A DNA stretch of 64,000 nt. Source: Azolla caroliniana (lineage: Eukaryota > Plantae > Polypodiophyta). This document shows positions 22,990 to 35,746 of this stretch, piece by piece. Where the stretch lies: NCBI GenBank assembly GCA_043228905.1, contig JBHGNT010000015.1, positions 682,001 through 746,000 on the forward strand. The letters run 5' to 3'. Below the pieces are notes generated by a model. The model was not told the DNA's origin and did not search any database. It saw only the letters and a list, made by a program, of their open reading frames with translations. Each line of letters starts with the position of its first letter. Position 1 is the stretch's first letter. The position numbers and the translations under genes were made by a program.

Positions 22990-24228
22990 ATGCCTAAGGT
23001 ATGGTGTCGGAAAACTTATGCTCGAAGGGTTTATCGATTCGGACATGTCGGGGAATGACATCAGGGTACGTGATGACCTATGTAGGGGGAGCAGTAACGT
23101 GGTCGTCACAACTACATAAGTTTGTGGCCTTGTCGACCACGATGAGAAATTTTCTCCGTGAATTGGGGATGAAGCAAAGGGAGTTCTTGCTTCATTGTGA
23201 CAACCAGAACTCCATACATTTAGCCAAGAATGTTGCGTACCACACCCGAACCAAACATATACAAACGAGGTATCATTGGTTGCGAGAGAAGGTGGAAGGA
23301 AAGTTTACTCTTGTGAAAGTCCATACTGACGAAAATGGATCCGATATGCTGACGAATAATCTATCGATGGACAGACTCAAGTCAGGGTTTGTTGATTGAA
23401 GATAGGACTGAAGATAGGACTAACCGACTCCACCCATAGGAGTGAAGGGGGAGTTTGTTAGGAATATGTCCCTCCTAAGGGAGGAGCTGATTGGTAGGCA
23501 TGAGTGCCAACAATCGAAGACATGGAGTAGCCGACTGGTCGGACGGAGTGCCGATAGTCGAAGACATGGATGAGCCGACTGATTAGGCCAAGAGCCCACA
23601 GTCGATGTCATGGAGAGTCGATGGGGTGAGTCGACTCAGAGAGAATCGACATGAAGAGTCGATTGCAAATGTGATCCAAGTCAAAGACACGATCGACTAG
23701 ATGGTCAATGACAAGGCCGATTAGTCGGGCCGACTAGACAGTCGACACCGGAGCCGGCTAGTCGAATCGACTAGTCGATCAGTCGGCTGATTAATTATTA
23801 TTGTTGTTTAGTATAATAATAGGAATGATAACAACAGTGGCTACATTTGTAAATAGCACATACTATGTATAAGTATAAATACACTTAGGGCAAACATAGA
23901 GTTGTAGAACAATAGAACATAATGAAGCGTTGTAGAGGTAGCGTGTTAGAGAGTGAGAGAATGACAATGCGTGAGAGAGAGTGGCGATAGAGTTCAGTAA
24001 ACTTGCCAAGAACCGTAAGTGGTTATCCCCTGAGTTTCAAAGAAGTGTTGTAAGCTTTCTTTGTACTTTCTGTTGTATAGTGAAAGAACTATTCTCCCAT
24101 GGTTTTTTTTTCCTAGTTTAGGGTTTCCATGTAAAACTCGGTGTTGTCTTGTGCATTTTCTATTTCCACGTTATTGTGTATTGCACAGTCGGTCTTCCTC
24201 ACAAATCTTAGGTGATCGAACCTCAACA
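22990..24228 (+). mobile_element. Copia 3' end (RNaseH, PPT) plus 3' LTR 23456-24228
   Basis: LEGFIDSDMSG, VALSTT, LHCDNQNSIHLAKNVAYHTRTKHI. PPT gtgaaggggga. LTR TGTTA...CAACA with TATAAATA at ~23874. Confidence 0.88.
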
Positions 24229-24720
24229 AGAAGGCCTTTGGATAAAGACAATCATTGAAGAACTTGATATCTTTGAACTAAAAGAAATGACGGTGTTTTG
24301 TGACAATCAATCAACCATAAAACTTGCAACAAATCCAAAGATAACCAATCACAACAAACATATTTGAGTGCATCATCATTTTATTAGAGACTTGGCCGAA
24401 GCAAAAGAAATGTCACTCCAATACACTTCAACCACAACCATGTGGGCTGATTTCCTCACTAAACCCGTACCCCAACACAAGCATTGGATATGTTGTTTGA
24501 AGCTAGGACTCAAATTAGAGAAACCAAATAAATAGGTTGCTTACATTAAGGGGGGGTGTTAGAAATTAATAATAGGAACAAGATGCTATTATAAATAAGA
24601 AATATATCCTAAATAAAGAAAATAAAAATAACTAATGTAACCACTATTAACGTGACTATTTGTTCACACAACTATTTGATCACAATGAACATTCCCATTA
24701 CAAATTTCCGATCTCTTTCA
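24229..24720 (+). mobile_element. Second Copia 3' end (RNaseH tail, PPT, start of LTR at 24557)
   Basis: EGLWIKTIIEEL...VFCDNQSTIKLATNPK...KHI, then ttaaggggggg followed by TGTTAG. Confidence 0.8.
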
Positions 24721-26693
24721 CCTATAAAATGTAACATCTACCATGAATACAATGAAAATCTCTCTTTCTTCATAATCTTTAGTCATATGTATCAACTTTT
24801 TATCCTTTGTTAGATAGTACCCTAAATTCCGACAACTACATGAAGCAGGATCTTGGTGCATTGCCACATGGTGCCCAATCTTTGCACATTGTTGCATGAA
24901 ACAGTGAAATCCCCCAAAATGAATTGACCATTTAATTAAGAAAAGGCAGATGGATTGACCAATTAATTGAGAACAAAGAGACAAATCAACCATATAATTC
25001 CTCATATAACACACAAAATTTGAGGGCATAGGACTTGAGGGCATTTCTGAGAAATAAAGAGATCTAGGGATATTGCCATTTGAGACTTTTGGCGAAGTTT
25101 CCCATCAGATGTGTGTTCGCAAAAACCTACTAATTCAAAAGACATAAAAGACTTATGAAATCCATTTCAAGGAATTCACATGAGGCAAATTGCATGAATT
25201 GTTACAATTGTTTTCGTAACTTTTGAATACAATATAGTTGTGATGTTTCATATATGTGGGTATTACAATGGCAAGCACAAGACATTAGCTTTATAGTAGC
25301 ACATGTTAACCTGATATAAGCTCTTCAAGAAGCAATATATAGGTTGGCATCAATTTTAGAGGCCTATGTTCGTATCTTCTCATCGATGGAATATGCTAGG
25401 CTTTGTCATTCACACATTCTCCGAATGTATGTTTAATTATGCACAGACTCTCTAAAAAACTTCAGGATTGAAGACTAGAATACATGTAATGACACTAAAT
25501 TTATGAACCTAAACACCATCACATGCAATATGAATCTGAAAATAGCTCAATTAACCATCACCTGCCTGACAACCAAAGTAAAGTTGGTCCATATTGAGCA
25601 AATCCTTCTTATCATTCCCTCATTCTCCGAATATATCTTTGATTGATGTAAAGATGCTTAAATACAATTCCACAATACCATGATTGGATCCTGTACTCCA
25701 TTTGGAAAGAGCAATGTGATGTTTTCCAAAAGCATGAGAAGAAGGGAGATTACACATTAAGAGTGAACAGGACACTGTTTTAATATTCCAATGTAAAGCA
25801 ATATTTAAGTTTGTCCAATTCTTGTCCACTTTCATTGTACAATCAACAATTTATTAGTTAGAACTCCCCAAAAAACTTCTCTGAAGAAAATCAGAAAGTA
25901 TCTCCTTATTTTCATTTCCCATGTTATTGTCCATAGTACCATGTTTGATGTTGATCAAAATGCATGTTAGACACTTTTATGATTAACTTCACATCGGATA
26001 GTGGAGCCTCGTACAAAATCACATCAAATTACCTTTCATATGTTTCTAGAATTTGTGTTAATTCCAAAAGTTCAAATGCATAAGAGCAAGTTTTCATAAT
26101 CACTACAGATGATGGAAAATGTGAGTTCACAATCTGCAAAAGCCTTCACAGACTCCTAATAAAGAAGCATAAGACTAGATGTTAATGGTTGGTATACAGT
26201 TTCTAAATCCTCCACCAAACTTGCCTTTGTCTATCTTCAGAGAACAGTTCTCAAAGCTCATGTTCAAAAGCTGTGGAATATTAGTTATTCGCAATGGCAG
26301 TTGAAACATGTGAATGGGCAAATATTATATGGATGTGAATATACATTAGAGGTAATGTTGTATGACTGCTGTAATGTGCACACAAAGAACTCCCCTCATA
26401 CTACTCAAAATGTGCAGATTCAACATTATGGAACAATAGAAATGCTTTCTCTCAGTTATTTCAGTAGAAGCTGTATGACCATCAACAGATAAGTATTTGT
26501 TGGAATGTGCAAGTTTAATCCTACGCTAAATAAGAAAAAACATCTACCATTTTTCCATCCAAGCTGTCTATGACTAGCTGTTACATTGATGACTAGCTGT
26601 CTATGACTAGCTGTTACATTGATGACTACTCCAAGTCCTTGTTGGAATGTGCAATGTTGACACTATGGCATATTACACATTATCTACATTATT

Positions 26694-29600
26694 TTAACCA
26701 AATCTACATGCCCGGCTGTAGCGTCCACATAAATACAACAAGAACTTGTAGGAACGTGCAAGGTTGACACTATGGTCAGTGCTAATTTGTGTTGCTGCAT
26801 CATCATCCAGGCCAACCATTGCAAGCATCAGATGACTATGAATGTTCTTTTCTCCATAACTAGGCATATTATAGCCATCATCACAGATGGACTCTAGTTG
26901 TTCACTGTTTTCAAAGTCCTCCATTTCCCCCCTTAGAAGTTTAAGAACCTGCAATGACAATTCAATGCAAAGAAAGCATGCAACCTTATGCATCCGAAAT
27001 GTAGATATTGGAGCAAGATTAAAAAAAAACCAGCATAATCTACCCTCAAACAACACAAAAACTCCCATATACCTGATGCATACGAGGCCTAGATTCTGAG
27101 GACTGTTGGAGGCAATGAGATGCAGCAATCATTGTATTTTTAAGTTGTGTTGCACTGTAGATTCCATCAAGCTTTGGATCAATGAGTTCATGAAATTTTG
27201 ATTCATCTTTCAATAGTTTTCTTGCCTGAGCATGCATACGAACCTTGAGCCTAATAAAGATATCTACATGGACATTCGTCTAACATGAGATTTCAAGTTT
27301 CAACTCACCCAAACAACCAAGTTTTCTTCTCCCTTTGGATTTGATTCATTGATAGGCTTTCGTCCAGTGATCAGTTCCAAAAGAACTACTCCAAAAGAAT
27401 ACACATCAGTTTTCTCACTAACTTTCCCAAACATGAAGTACTCTGGTGCAAGGTACCTGCAATGAATATGTTTCAATATACTCTAGTGCAGGAAAGGTTT
27501 AGCAATGTACAATGAAATTTTCATACCCAAAAGTTCCAACAATATTACTACAGGTGATATGAGGAGATGTTGTTGGAGCCCATTTAGCAAGCCCAAAATC
27601 TGTGAGCTGCGTACAAAGAATCTGTGAGATACATTACCAAAGTCACGAATATGCCAAATCATACGTTACTACACCTTGCTTCAAATGTTGGATGTAAGCA
27701 ACAAAAGAATCACAAGAGCAGAATTCTCTCATTTGGTTGAGTGGTTGACATAAAAAATGGTTTAAAAGATAAATATCTAAGAGCTTCCAACTGAAGCTAT
27801 GCAATATGTTGTTATTGACGAAAGGTTAATGAAACCAAAAAGGCAGAAGTGGGAAGATGTTAAAAGGATAAAATTAGATTATTGCATTGCAAACATCAAC
27901 CCTGAATGTTGGGTTCAATGTAAGGCAAGAATGCCTATTATTAACAGGATTATTATCTCTCATACAAACCTCACACTCTTTTGCACTTGATCACATAAGC
28001 TAGTTATTTAGGTTTCATTATGGCATCAAAACGCGTCAAATATAAAGGCATGCAAGGTATGTGAGAATGGGCCAGTAGAGGATAAATATCACTAGCCTTT
28101 TACATGCTCAGCATATAGTGCAATTTGTGAAAGCTACAATGACATATTAAGTGGAGGTAATGACTTGAGTGTCACGCAAGAGAGAACTCCTAGAAGGTTG
28201 AGCTCATATGTGTATGCCTTATTCACATATCGAGACTTTGTTCTTCGGAGTATGAATATCCCTGCTTAGAAGGAGATACATCAGGAAAGCTTGCGTATTT
28301 GGGTCCCATGACAATATTGGACTCTCTATGGACACTAATCTCATCATATAATCCAACCTGAGATGGGAGCAGCCCCAGTAATCACTGAGGGATTATTTTG
28401 ATCAATGACCAATATCCAACAGCTTTGGGAGCTCCCTAAACAGAGGTACTCTTGGCATAAGCATATACGCATTACCCCTGTTCCAATATAGCTTGGATTG
28501 CCCCCATCTAAACATGGGCAAAGTGGAAAAGAATAGAGTGATCCAAACTGATATTATCAACTTGGAAACAAAATGATATGGATCAGGCCCACATCTCTTG
28601 GTAGGAAGATGCCCCCCTCTACGACATAGTCTTTACACACTTTGGGGGATGTATTCATCATCAGCCCTTCTTATATGGAAATACATCTTCCCATGCGCTG
28701 CCCAGTGTGATAGCAAGGCTGCAAACTTCTTCACATCAGTTAGAGATTGAGGTAGGCAGATATGCATAAATACCTCCTGAAGAAAGAGTTTGCCAATTGT
28801 GTCATCAGGGAGTGGAATCTGAAGAATATTGTTTGTCATTGTACTGTTTTGTATCAAATAAGAGGGAGATACCATTGCGTCTTTAACCAAGGCTTTGGCT
28901 CATCACGCAAAGTAATGGTTCTGGCTATTCTTTGAACTCAAGAGACACAAAGAGAAGTTGAAGGACAACGACACAACCATACAAGCTCATCAAAGAACAA
29001 TCACAGCTTTCTTTAGTCCCATTATTCCTACTCAAGGGCTACACAAATGGGCTCCCGACCAGGACATAACAAGGCGGTTACAATAGATTGGGTGATAGCA
29101 ATTTGTCGTGCACATATACCCCAGCCTCATGAACCACAATCTCATCACCCTTGTGATGAACAGATAAAGGTCATTATCTTCCACCGTTGCAGGTGGTCTA
29201 CTTGCTTCGGAGACCTCTCCATTCTGGATGACCCTTGACATCAACAAAATCAAAAAATACCTGATTTGAGAGTCTTTACATGTATAGATGATGAGATTCT
29301 TTGGTCACCTCTTAGTCTGTTTCAATTTACCTTTTTGCTCAGTTACATTTATTTATTGGGAAAAGTACCAGGATACCCCTAGAAGTTCGTCTATTTACCA
29401 GAATGCCCCTGGAAGTTCCAAATTTACCAAACTACCCCTATGTCCAAAAAATTACACTTTATAAAGTATTTATACACTCAAATCTTTGGTAAATAGGGCT
29501 AGTTAGGGTCCATTTCTTCCATCTTTGGTAAATAGGGCTTGTAGATTTGAGTGTATAATTACTTTATAAAGTGTAATTTTTTGAACATAGGGGTAGTTTG

Positions 29601-32600
29601 GTAAATTTGGAACTTCCAGGGGCAATCTGGTAAATAGATGAACTTCCAGGGGTATCCTGATACTTTTCCCTTATTTATTTTGGTTTTTTGTTTGTCAAAG
29701 ACAAGACAACATTTTAAGACGTACTCCAAAAAGATGTTAATATATCATTCTTTCTTTTTCTCCAAAACAAAAATGATAGCAATATAGGCAAATGCGACCA
29801 AAACACTAACCTATTTTTACATACAAGGGAGAACAAATACATAGTGCAAACCTTCAAATATCTTGATATGCAATAAGGTAAGACTTCAACCAGGTTAGAA
29901 TAGTTATAGCATGTTTAAGGATTAATGCAGCCAATGTGATACTTGAGGATGGGAAGTGAAATTGATGTTATTCAATCTCACTTTCTTCACTTAATGCATG
30001 GAAGAAATAGTGAAATTTCAAAAATTGTTCTTACACAGACAATTGGGAGTTAAATCCTCAACAACCCTTCCTATCATGTTATTAAAAACAAGTGCTCAGT
30101 CCATCAAGGTGATAACTACATAACAAGTCATGAAATTTAAGAATATCCCCAATCACAGATTGCCAATACAGGCTAAGCACATACGCTGCAGGGTACAAAA
30201 AGTTAACAAGTACAAAAATCATCTCGTCTGGCCAACTGCCTGACATTATGAAATGGTAAAATAGATGGGGAATGGAAGAGCTATTGGAGCCCTCAGGTGA
30301 TGCTATGAAGTATGTGATCATTGAGGATAGATTACTAGTGGCACTAAGGATGAAGTGGCAAGATGCTAACATGTCAAACTCGCAGTATAATACTACAAAT
30401 GTTAACCCTCAGTGTTGGCCCCAATACAAGGTAAAAATGTCAGAACATATCCAACATCTTACTACCTCCATGAGCCTTGGCTCTCAAAGAGCCCTAGTAT
30501 TTCTTTGAACGTGCTCACACTAGTTAGATGTTGATTAACATCCATGGCATCATTGCCCAAGTATGAAGTTGTACAAGGTATGAAATGAAAACCTAGTGGA
30601 GGATGAATAAATATAACACACTTCTCATATGCTCAACATTTAAGGTAATTCGTCATAAGTATGATAACTTGTTAGATGGGCATGCTAATTTAAGAGCCAT
30701 ACTCACATCTCCACCGAGAAGGATGAGCACATGTGTGCATTATTGTCACATCGGTAGGAAGGAGCCATATACAAGATGATATGTTTTTTTACTACAGTGT
30801 AGTAATACCCCTTCTTAGGAAGGGGTTATATACAAGATGATATGTTTATTCATTCCTATGGTTTAAAACTGGTTTCCTTGTGGACGATATAAAATCTACT
30901 CTGTTCTCTCTCTGTGCATGTTTACCCTACTGGTCGTAACCCATGTTTTACCTGCACCCAGTTTCAAATCTCACTATTTGCGCTACTTTACTACATGCTA
31001 GTGTAGAATGTAACTTTACAATCTTACCAACTGTACCAAACGGATGTATCCTAATGGTAAGCCATGTTTTCACTTACCCGTTCACTTAGGTGGAATCTCA
31101 CTATATGCACTACTTTACCAGATGCCATTACATTCTGGGGTTGAACACATAATCTTCTGGTCTCCTCTGGACAATCTTACCAATTGAGTTACAATCGCCC
31201 GGGCTAATATGGACTGTGTATGTGTGCGTGTTTGTGTGTGTGTGTAAAGATAGGCAAAATGCACCAACCTGCGGTTGAAGATCTGAAGAAAGCAGAATAT
31301 TAGATGACTTTACGTCTCTGTGGATTACTGGACGACCACAACCATCATGCAAGTACTTCAGTGCCTCAGCTATACCAGTTGCCACTTGGAATCGCACCTC
31401 CCAAGACAGAGCAATTTTATCCTTACCACTGTGAAGCTTTGATTCAAGGTTTCCTTCTGGTGCAAGTTTATATACTAGCAAAAAATGTTGAGTCTCAATG
31501 CAGTATCCTAGAAGCTTTGCAATACGACAATGATCAAGGTTGCTTATGATTTCCACCTCTGTAAGGAACTCTTCTTCAGAATTTGGGGTAGATTTGTTTA
31601 GACGCTTAACAGCAACCTTTTGGCCATCTGAAAGGATCCCTCGATAGACCTGACTACAGCCTCCTTTTCCAATGATTTTCTCTGCCAGGTTTATCCAACC
31701 ATCCATTCCATTAAGACATGAATGTCAATGTGCTAGCACACACATATAAAGGCATACAAATGCAAAGCATTCCAATAAGGTTTTCATCCTTTACAAATGA
31801 ACCTACTTGAAGAGAAGTTTCCCGTTGCAACTAGTAACTCAAGAAACTGAAACTCTTTGAGAAGCTTTCCTTGACAAAATTCCTGTATTTTGCATTTCAC
31901 TCTACTCGCATTGCACAAATGTGTATTAGACATCTCCAAAATACAATCTTTGCTTCTGTTCTCTGCTATGTTATCTTGGCTCTCCCTGCTTTCTATTTGA
32001 TGTTCTTTTAGGTCTGTCCCTTGACTTAAGAACTCTTTTGGTCTATCTGGCAATTGCAAAGCCCATTCAATAACTGACATTTTATGGGACCTTGTACTGC
32101 TGTAGCTCAATTTGTTAGCCAGAAAAGGTTGGTGTAGAAGAGGCCATCCAACGGATGAAATGTTAGTATTGGAAGGGGTTGATGCCAAAGGATGATCTAA
32201 ACTTGTAAATAACTGATGTCTCTGGGCCTTCGAAAGATCATGATCACAAGAAGTTTTGATCTCAGAATCACATAAAGGTAGTTCTTGTTGGTTCATTATT
32301 ATATTAGACCCTTTTCCTGCTTCAAAAACTGAGAAGATAGGGGGTGAGACTGGCGAGGGTATGTCTGATATTTTCTTCTGAAAGTGGGATGATGTAAACT
32401 TACAGGCTTGAATAATAGGTGAATCTACAAACAGCCTAAATGGCCAGCGACATAAAGTATTTCCATTATCATCAATATCCGTTTCCGTTTCAGAAAGCTG
32501 CTCAGAAATTATGTCACTTCTTGCATCTTGACGTCCAGCAGACTTCCAACTGTGACTTCTGAAAGACCTCCACATCGTGTTTAGAAATCTAAAACTACCA

Positions 32601-33358
32601 TCTACATAAATTTGTGATTGCAAAGATTACAAGCTGTCAATGCCACTTGACTTTAAACAACACAGGTAAGTGCAGCATGCATGGACAAAAGATTTGATTC
32701 AAGTCAGTCTTGTTCTGTGACGTGCTTTCCCTCTACTTCTAGCATATGATTATGCTGCAACCCTGATTTGGTTCTACTAGTAGCAAGTGACTGAGCTATA
32801 AAACCTGAAACCAGGACTTTGTTCTACTCCATTCATATAAATGAGGCACCAATGCAATTATACACTAAAAAACGTGGGTATGAGGTTCTGCAATTAATAC
32901 ATGTCCTCTTGAGTAAATTTGAGGAATTGACTTCAGCAACTAGAACCTATCCTAAATATATGTGAAGCACATGTCTCAGGGAGAAGATAATGAGCCTGAA
33001 GAAAGTTCACAAGGTTTCCTACCAAGACTTCTCCTACAGCCTTGCATTTCAACAGAAACTTGTCCATGGTGGATCACGACAACCAAGCAGGTTAATGATA
33101 ACTTCTTCAAGAAATATTTGACAAGAACAAAAACCGGTCTGTATGCAAAGCCCGCCATCATTCATAGAAAACTTCAGTATCTACAAAAGCACCCAGCATA
33201 GTAGACTAAATCTACAATTACCGTGAAGGTAAACACCTTGTAGGAGTTTTTCTAAAGTTGTTCCTCAGAATGATCCTCACAGTATTATTCTTTTCTGCTT
33301 CTTCAACAAGTACCTTTCCTGGGCAATACTGATATGAAACTTTTACTTGCAAATCCAC
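26694..33358 (-). CDS. Receptor-like cytoplasmic Ser/Thr kinase of the USP (adenine nucleotide alpha hydrolase-like) domain type; open exons 33358-33222, 33138-33023, 32601-31807, 31681-31269, 27606-27527, 27456-27309, 27225-27073, 26948-26694
   Basis: GT-AG junctions keep frame. Kinase motifs [47 protein letters not shown] and [19 protein letters not shown] are all present. Also present: the GWPLL and [11 protein letters not shown] linker motifs, the C-terminal [16 protein letters not shown]...GRYSR segment, and USP-like VDLQVKV...KVLVEEA / VKYFLKKL exons characteristic of this RLCK group. Confidence 0.9.
27790..28275 (+). mobile_element. RTE-type LINE 3' remnant in RLCK intron
   Basis: ...[11 protein letters not shown]..., [25 protein letters not shown]: the C-terminal Zn-finger region of RTE LINEs. 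Confidence 0.6.
29358..29670. mobile_element. Mutator-like MITE, 313 bp, ~128-bp TIRs, 9-bp TSD
   Basis: TIRs 29358-29485 and 29543-29670 (GGGAAAAGTA...TACTTTTCCC). Perfect TSD TTATTTATT at 29349-29357 and 29671-29679. Confidence 0.92.
30100..30800 (+). mobile_element. Second RTE-type LINE 3' remnant in the same RLCK intron
   Basis: [10 protein letters not shown]...KWQDA...NVNPQCW.QYK.KM parallels ORF 27799-27990 ([10 protein letters not shown]...KWEDV...NINPECW.QCKARM). Confidence 0.55.
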
Positions 33359-33446
33359 CTGAAAGAGAAGTTCATATACAAAGTCATTTAAGTACATTCA
33401 AAACAGACATAGCTCAAAGACCAGAAAAAATTCATAACATGCTTAC

Positions 33447-34961
33447 TTGTTAGATTCTGTGAAAGTCTTCATAAACTCCAAAAATTGACAAAAAAGCCAC
33501 CTCTTACTTGCTTACTTGGAGCACTGCATAAAGATTAGGGACCCTTAGATAAGAAACAGGCTACGATGATAGCCTCATGCAGTTTCCTTTATTTTTTGAT
33601 ATAAAAAAAACATGGAAAAGGTTGTGTTTTGCCTCATGATCAGTAATCGTGTTCAACATGACATAACTTCTTTTTCGTTTGCATAACAACGTATTCAATA
33701 GTGCAATTAGGTTTTTTGTTTGAATCAATGTGCTTGATGTTGCAAGTGAGGTTGTTCTAATTTCCCAGATTGGCAGAACAGGCTAAGATGATCACATCAT
33801 AGGGTTTCTTTTCTTTATTGATGTGAATAAAGAATTATTAAATGGAAAGGGTTGTGTTTCGTCTCATGATCAGTGGTTATTTTCCAGACCATCATGTTTG
33901 AGCATGCCATTGCTTATTTTTCTTTTGCATATTAACGTATTTGATATTTTAATTAGGTTTTTCATTTTAATTGATGTGTTTGATGTCACAAATGAGTTGT
34001 TGAAATTACGCTTTTCTTTTGATTTGATATGTTTGATGTTGCCGTTCTAATTTTACAGATCAGCATGTTTAAGCACAATAATCATTCTTTTGCAAATGTT
34101 GCAATTGTTTTTCAGTGTGCTTAATGTGTCAATTGGTTTTCAGATCAACATGCCAAGTATTGCCATACCAAAGTTGCAAATATTTTTTCTCCCGGATAAA
34201 CGTATTCAATGACGAAATTACCTTTTTTTCAGATTGACATTTTTTATCTTGCCGTATCTGACTTGCAATTAGTTTGGTCCCGGGAATTACGTGTTCAATT
34301 ATGCCATTAGTTCTTTTATGTCTTAGATCAAGATTTTTTACCTTACTTTTTGCTTTTGAGAATCTTCATGGTCTATCCTGAGATTAGCTTCCTTTTTTTA
34401 CGTATTTTGATTAAATCAAGATTAGATCGACAACTTCAATCTTGAGTTTTCTGAGTTCCTTTCCAATCAAGGAGTTTGCCCTTGCAATTACATTTTTTTT
34501 CATACCAAAGTGTTACATTTTGCAATTAGTTTTAGTTTTTTCCCAGGATCAGCATCCATGACGAGACGAGAGAAACACTGGTTGATAGTAAGCCACATTG
34601 TAAGAAAAATCTGGTGTGGAAATGTGGTCTTTGATTAAGACATTAAAGATCATGCTAAAAGGATGAGACAATGCACACACATAAAATCCAGGCATAAACA
34701 CTCTCACAAGCATAGCAAGGTTGTTTAATCATGTATAAAGCATGTATCTTTAAAGGTGGAGAGAAAATGTTACCTGGTAGAGATGGTGCTATGAGTAGCG
34801 CAATGAGATGGTCTCCTTCATCGCATCCTTTGGTATCTTTCTGCCACTTTCATCTGCTTTTATGGCTGGCCACTGTCACCGCATTCCCTTTCTTCTTATT
34901 ATTCTCCTTCTCCTCTTCCACCTTCTTGTCTTCAACTCTTGAAGTTATAGAAACCTTCCAT
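33447..34961 (-). pseudogene. Decayed first two exons (USP-domain N-terminus) of the RLCK gene
   Basis: Exon ~33523-33447 reads LQVSK*EVAFLSIFGVYEDFHRI*Q|, with TAA at 33504-33506 and 33450-33452; the family consensus is roughly AFDSVLAVYEGFCNLKQ|VDL. Exon ~34961-34774 has AIKADESGRKI and DEGDHLIALL in different frames. Confidence 0.7.
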
Positions 34962-35446
34962 TCCTAAGCAGAATGAGAGCTTCTTCCTCTCAACCTTCCC
35001 TTCCTGGGCAGAAAGAGAGTTTATTCTTCTCTCTCTTTTATGTCTGAAAAGAAAAAACTGTTTCCTTCTCTGATCTCTTAAAAGAAAGAGATTTTTCTTT
35101 GTCTGAACAGAAAGAAAGTCTCTTACTCTCTACCTCCGGACCCTCAAAAAGAAGGAAAAAATAATTTTTTTCTACCGTCGACATCTGACCAAAAGAAAAC
35201 GAGAAAAAGAAGATGAATAAGAAGAAGGTGATCACTGTTCTGCTTTCTGGTAAGCAGAAATCTTTCTGTATGGATCCAAGGCTCGGTTCCAAAGCTCGAT
35301 AGGTTGTGATAGATCGATGAAAATCTGTGGAGCATTGGTTCTTCTTCAGCATCGCCATAGCTCTCATAGTGAACTATTTATTTCATATCAGAAAAAAATT
35401 TGAACACGCTGAATAAGTTGCATGACACATGGAATAAATTGCAATG

Positions 35447-35512
35447 CATGTATGTATGTATGTATGCATGTATGTATGTATGTATGTATGCATGTATGTA
35501 TGTATGTATGTA
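35447..35512. repeat. (TATG)n tetranucleotide microsatellite
   Basis: Direct reading. Confidence 0.9.
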
Positions 35513-35581
35513 GGTAATATGCTCCTGACTAGTTGCTACTAAATCTTAAAGAGGCTTGGAGAGGGAATCGCCGAAGCTTAT

Positions 35582-35617
35582 GGGTTTAAGGTTTAGGGTT
35601 TAGGGTTTAGGGTTTAG
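35582..35617 (+). repeat. Short interstitial plant telomere-type repeat (TTTAGGG)n
   Basis: gggtttaaggtttagggtttagggtttagggtttagg. Confidence 0.8.
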
Positions 35618-35746
35618 GAGGGCACATGTGATCTGTGTCGTCATATCTTAATCCAAAAAAGCACAAGTCTTGTTAGTAACCTGTCTCTGACCGGCCTTTG
35701 CACCAATAAACTGGCTTGGATCCTTTTGTTGTTATCACTGATTTCG

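Noticed and set aside
24718-25044. 108-aa ORF with CFMQQCAKIGHH
   Set aside because: Looks like a decayed LINE ORF1 zinc knuckle, but too weak to call as a gene or element.
26560-26630. 33-bp tandem duplication in the RLCK 3' region
   Set aside because: Ordinary slippage duplication with no further structure.
33450-33506. Rescue of the RLCK TAA stops by U-to-C RNA editing
   Set aside because: Such editing is known only from plant organelles, and exon 1 is also frameshifted.
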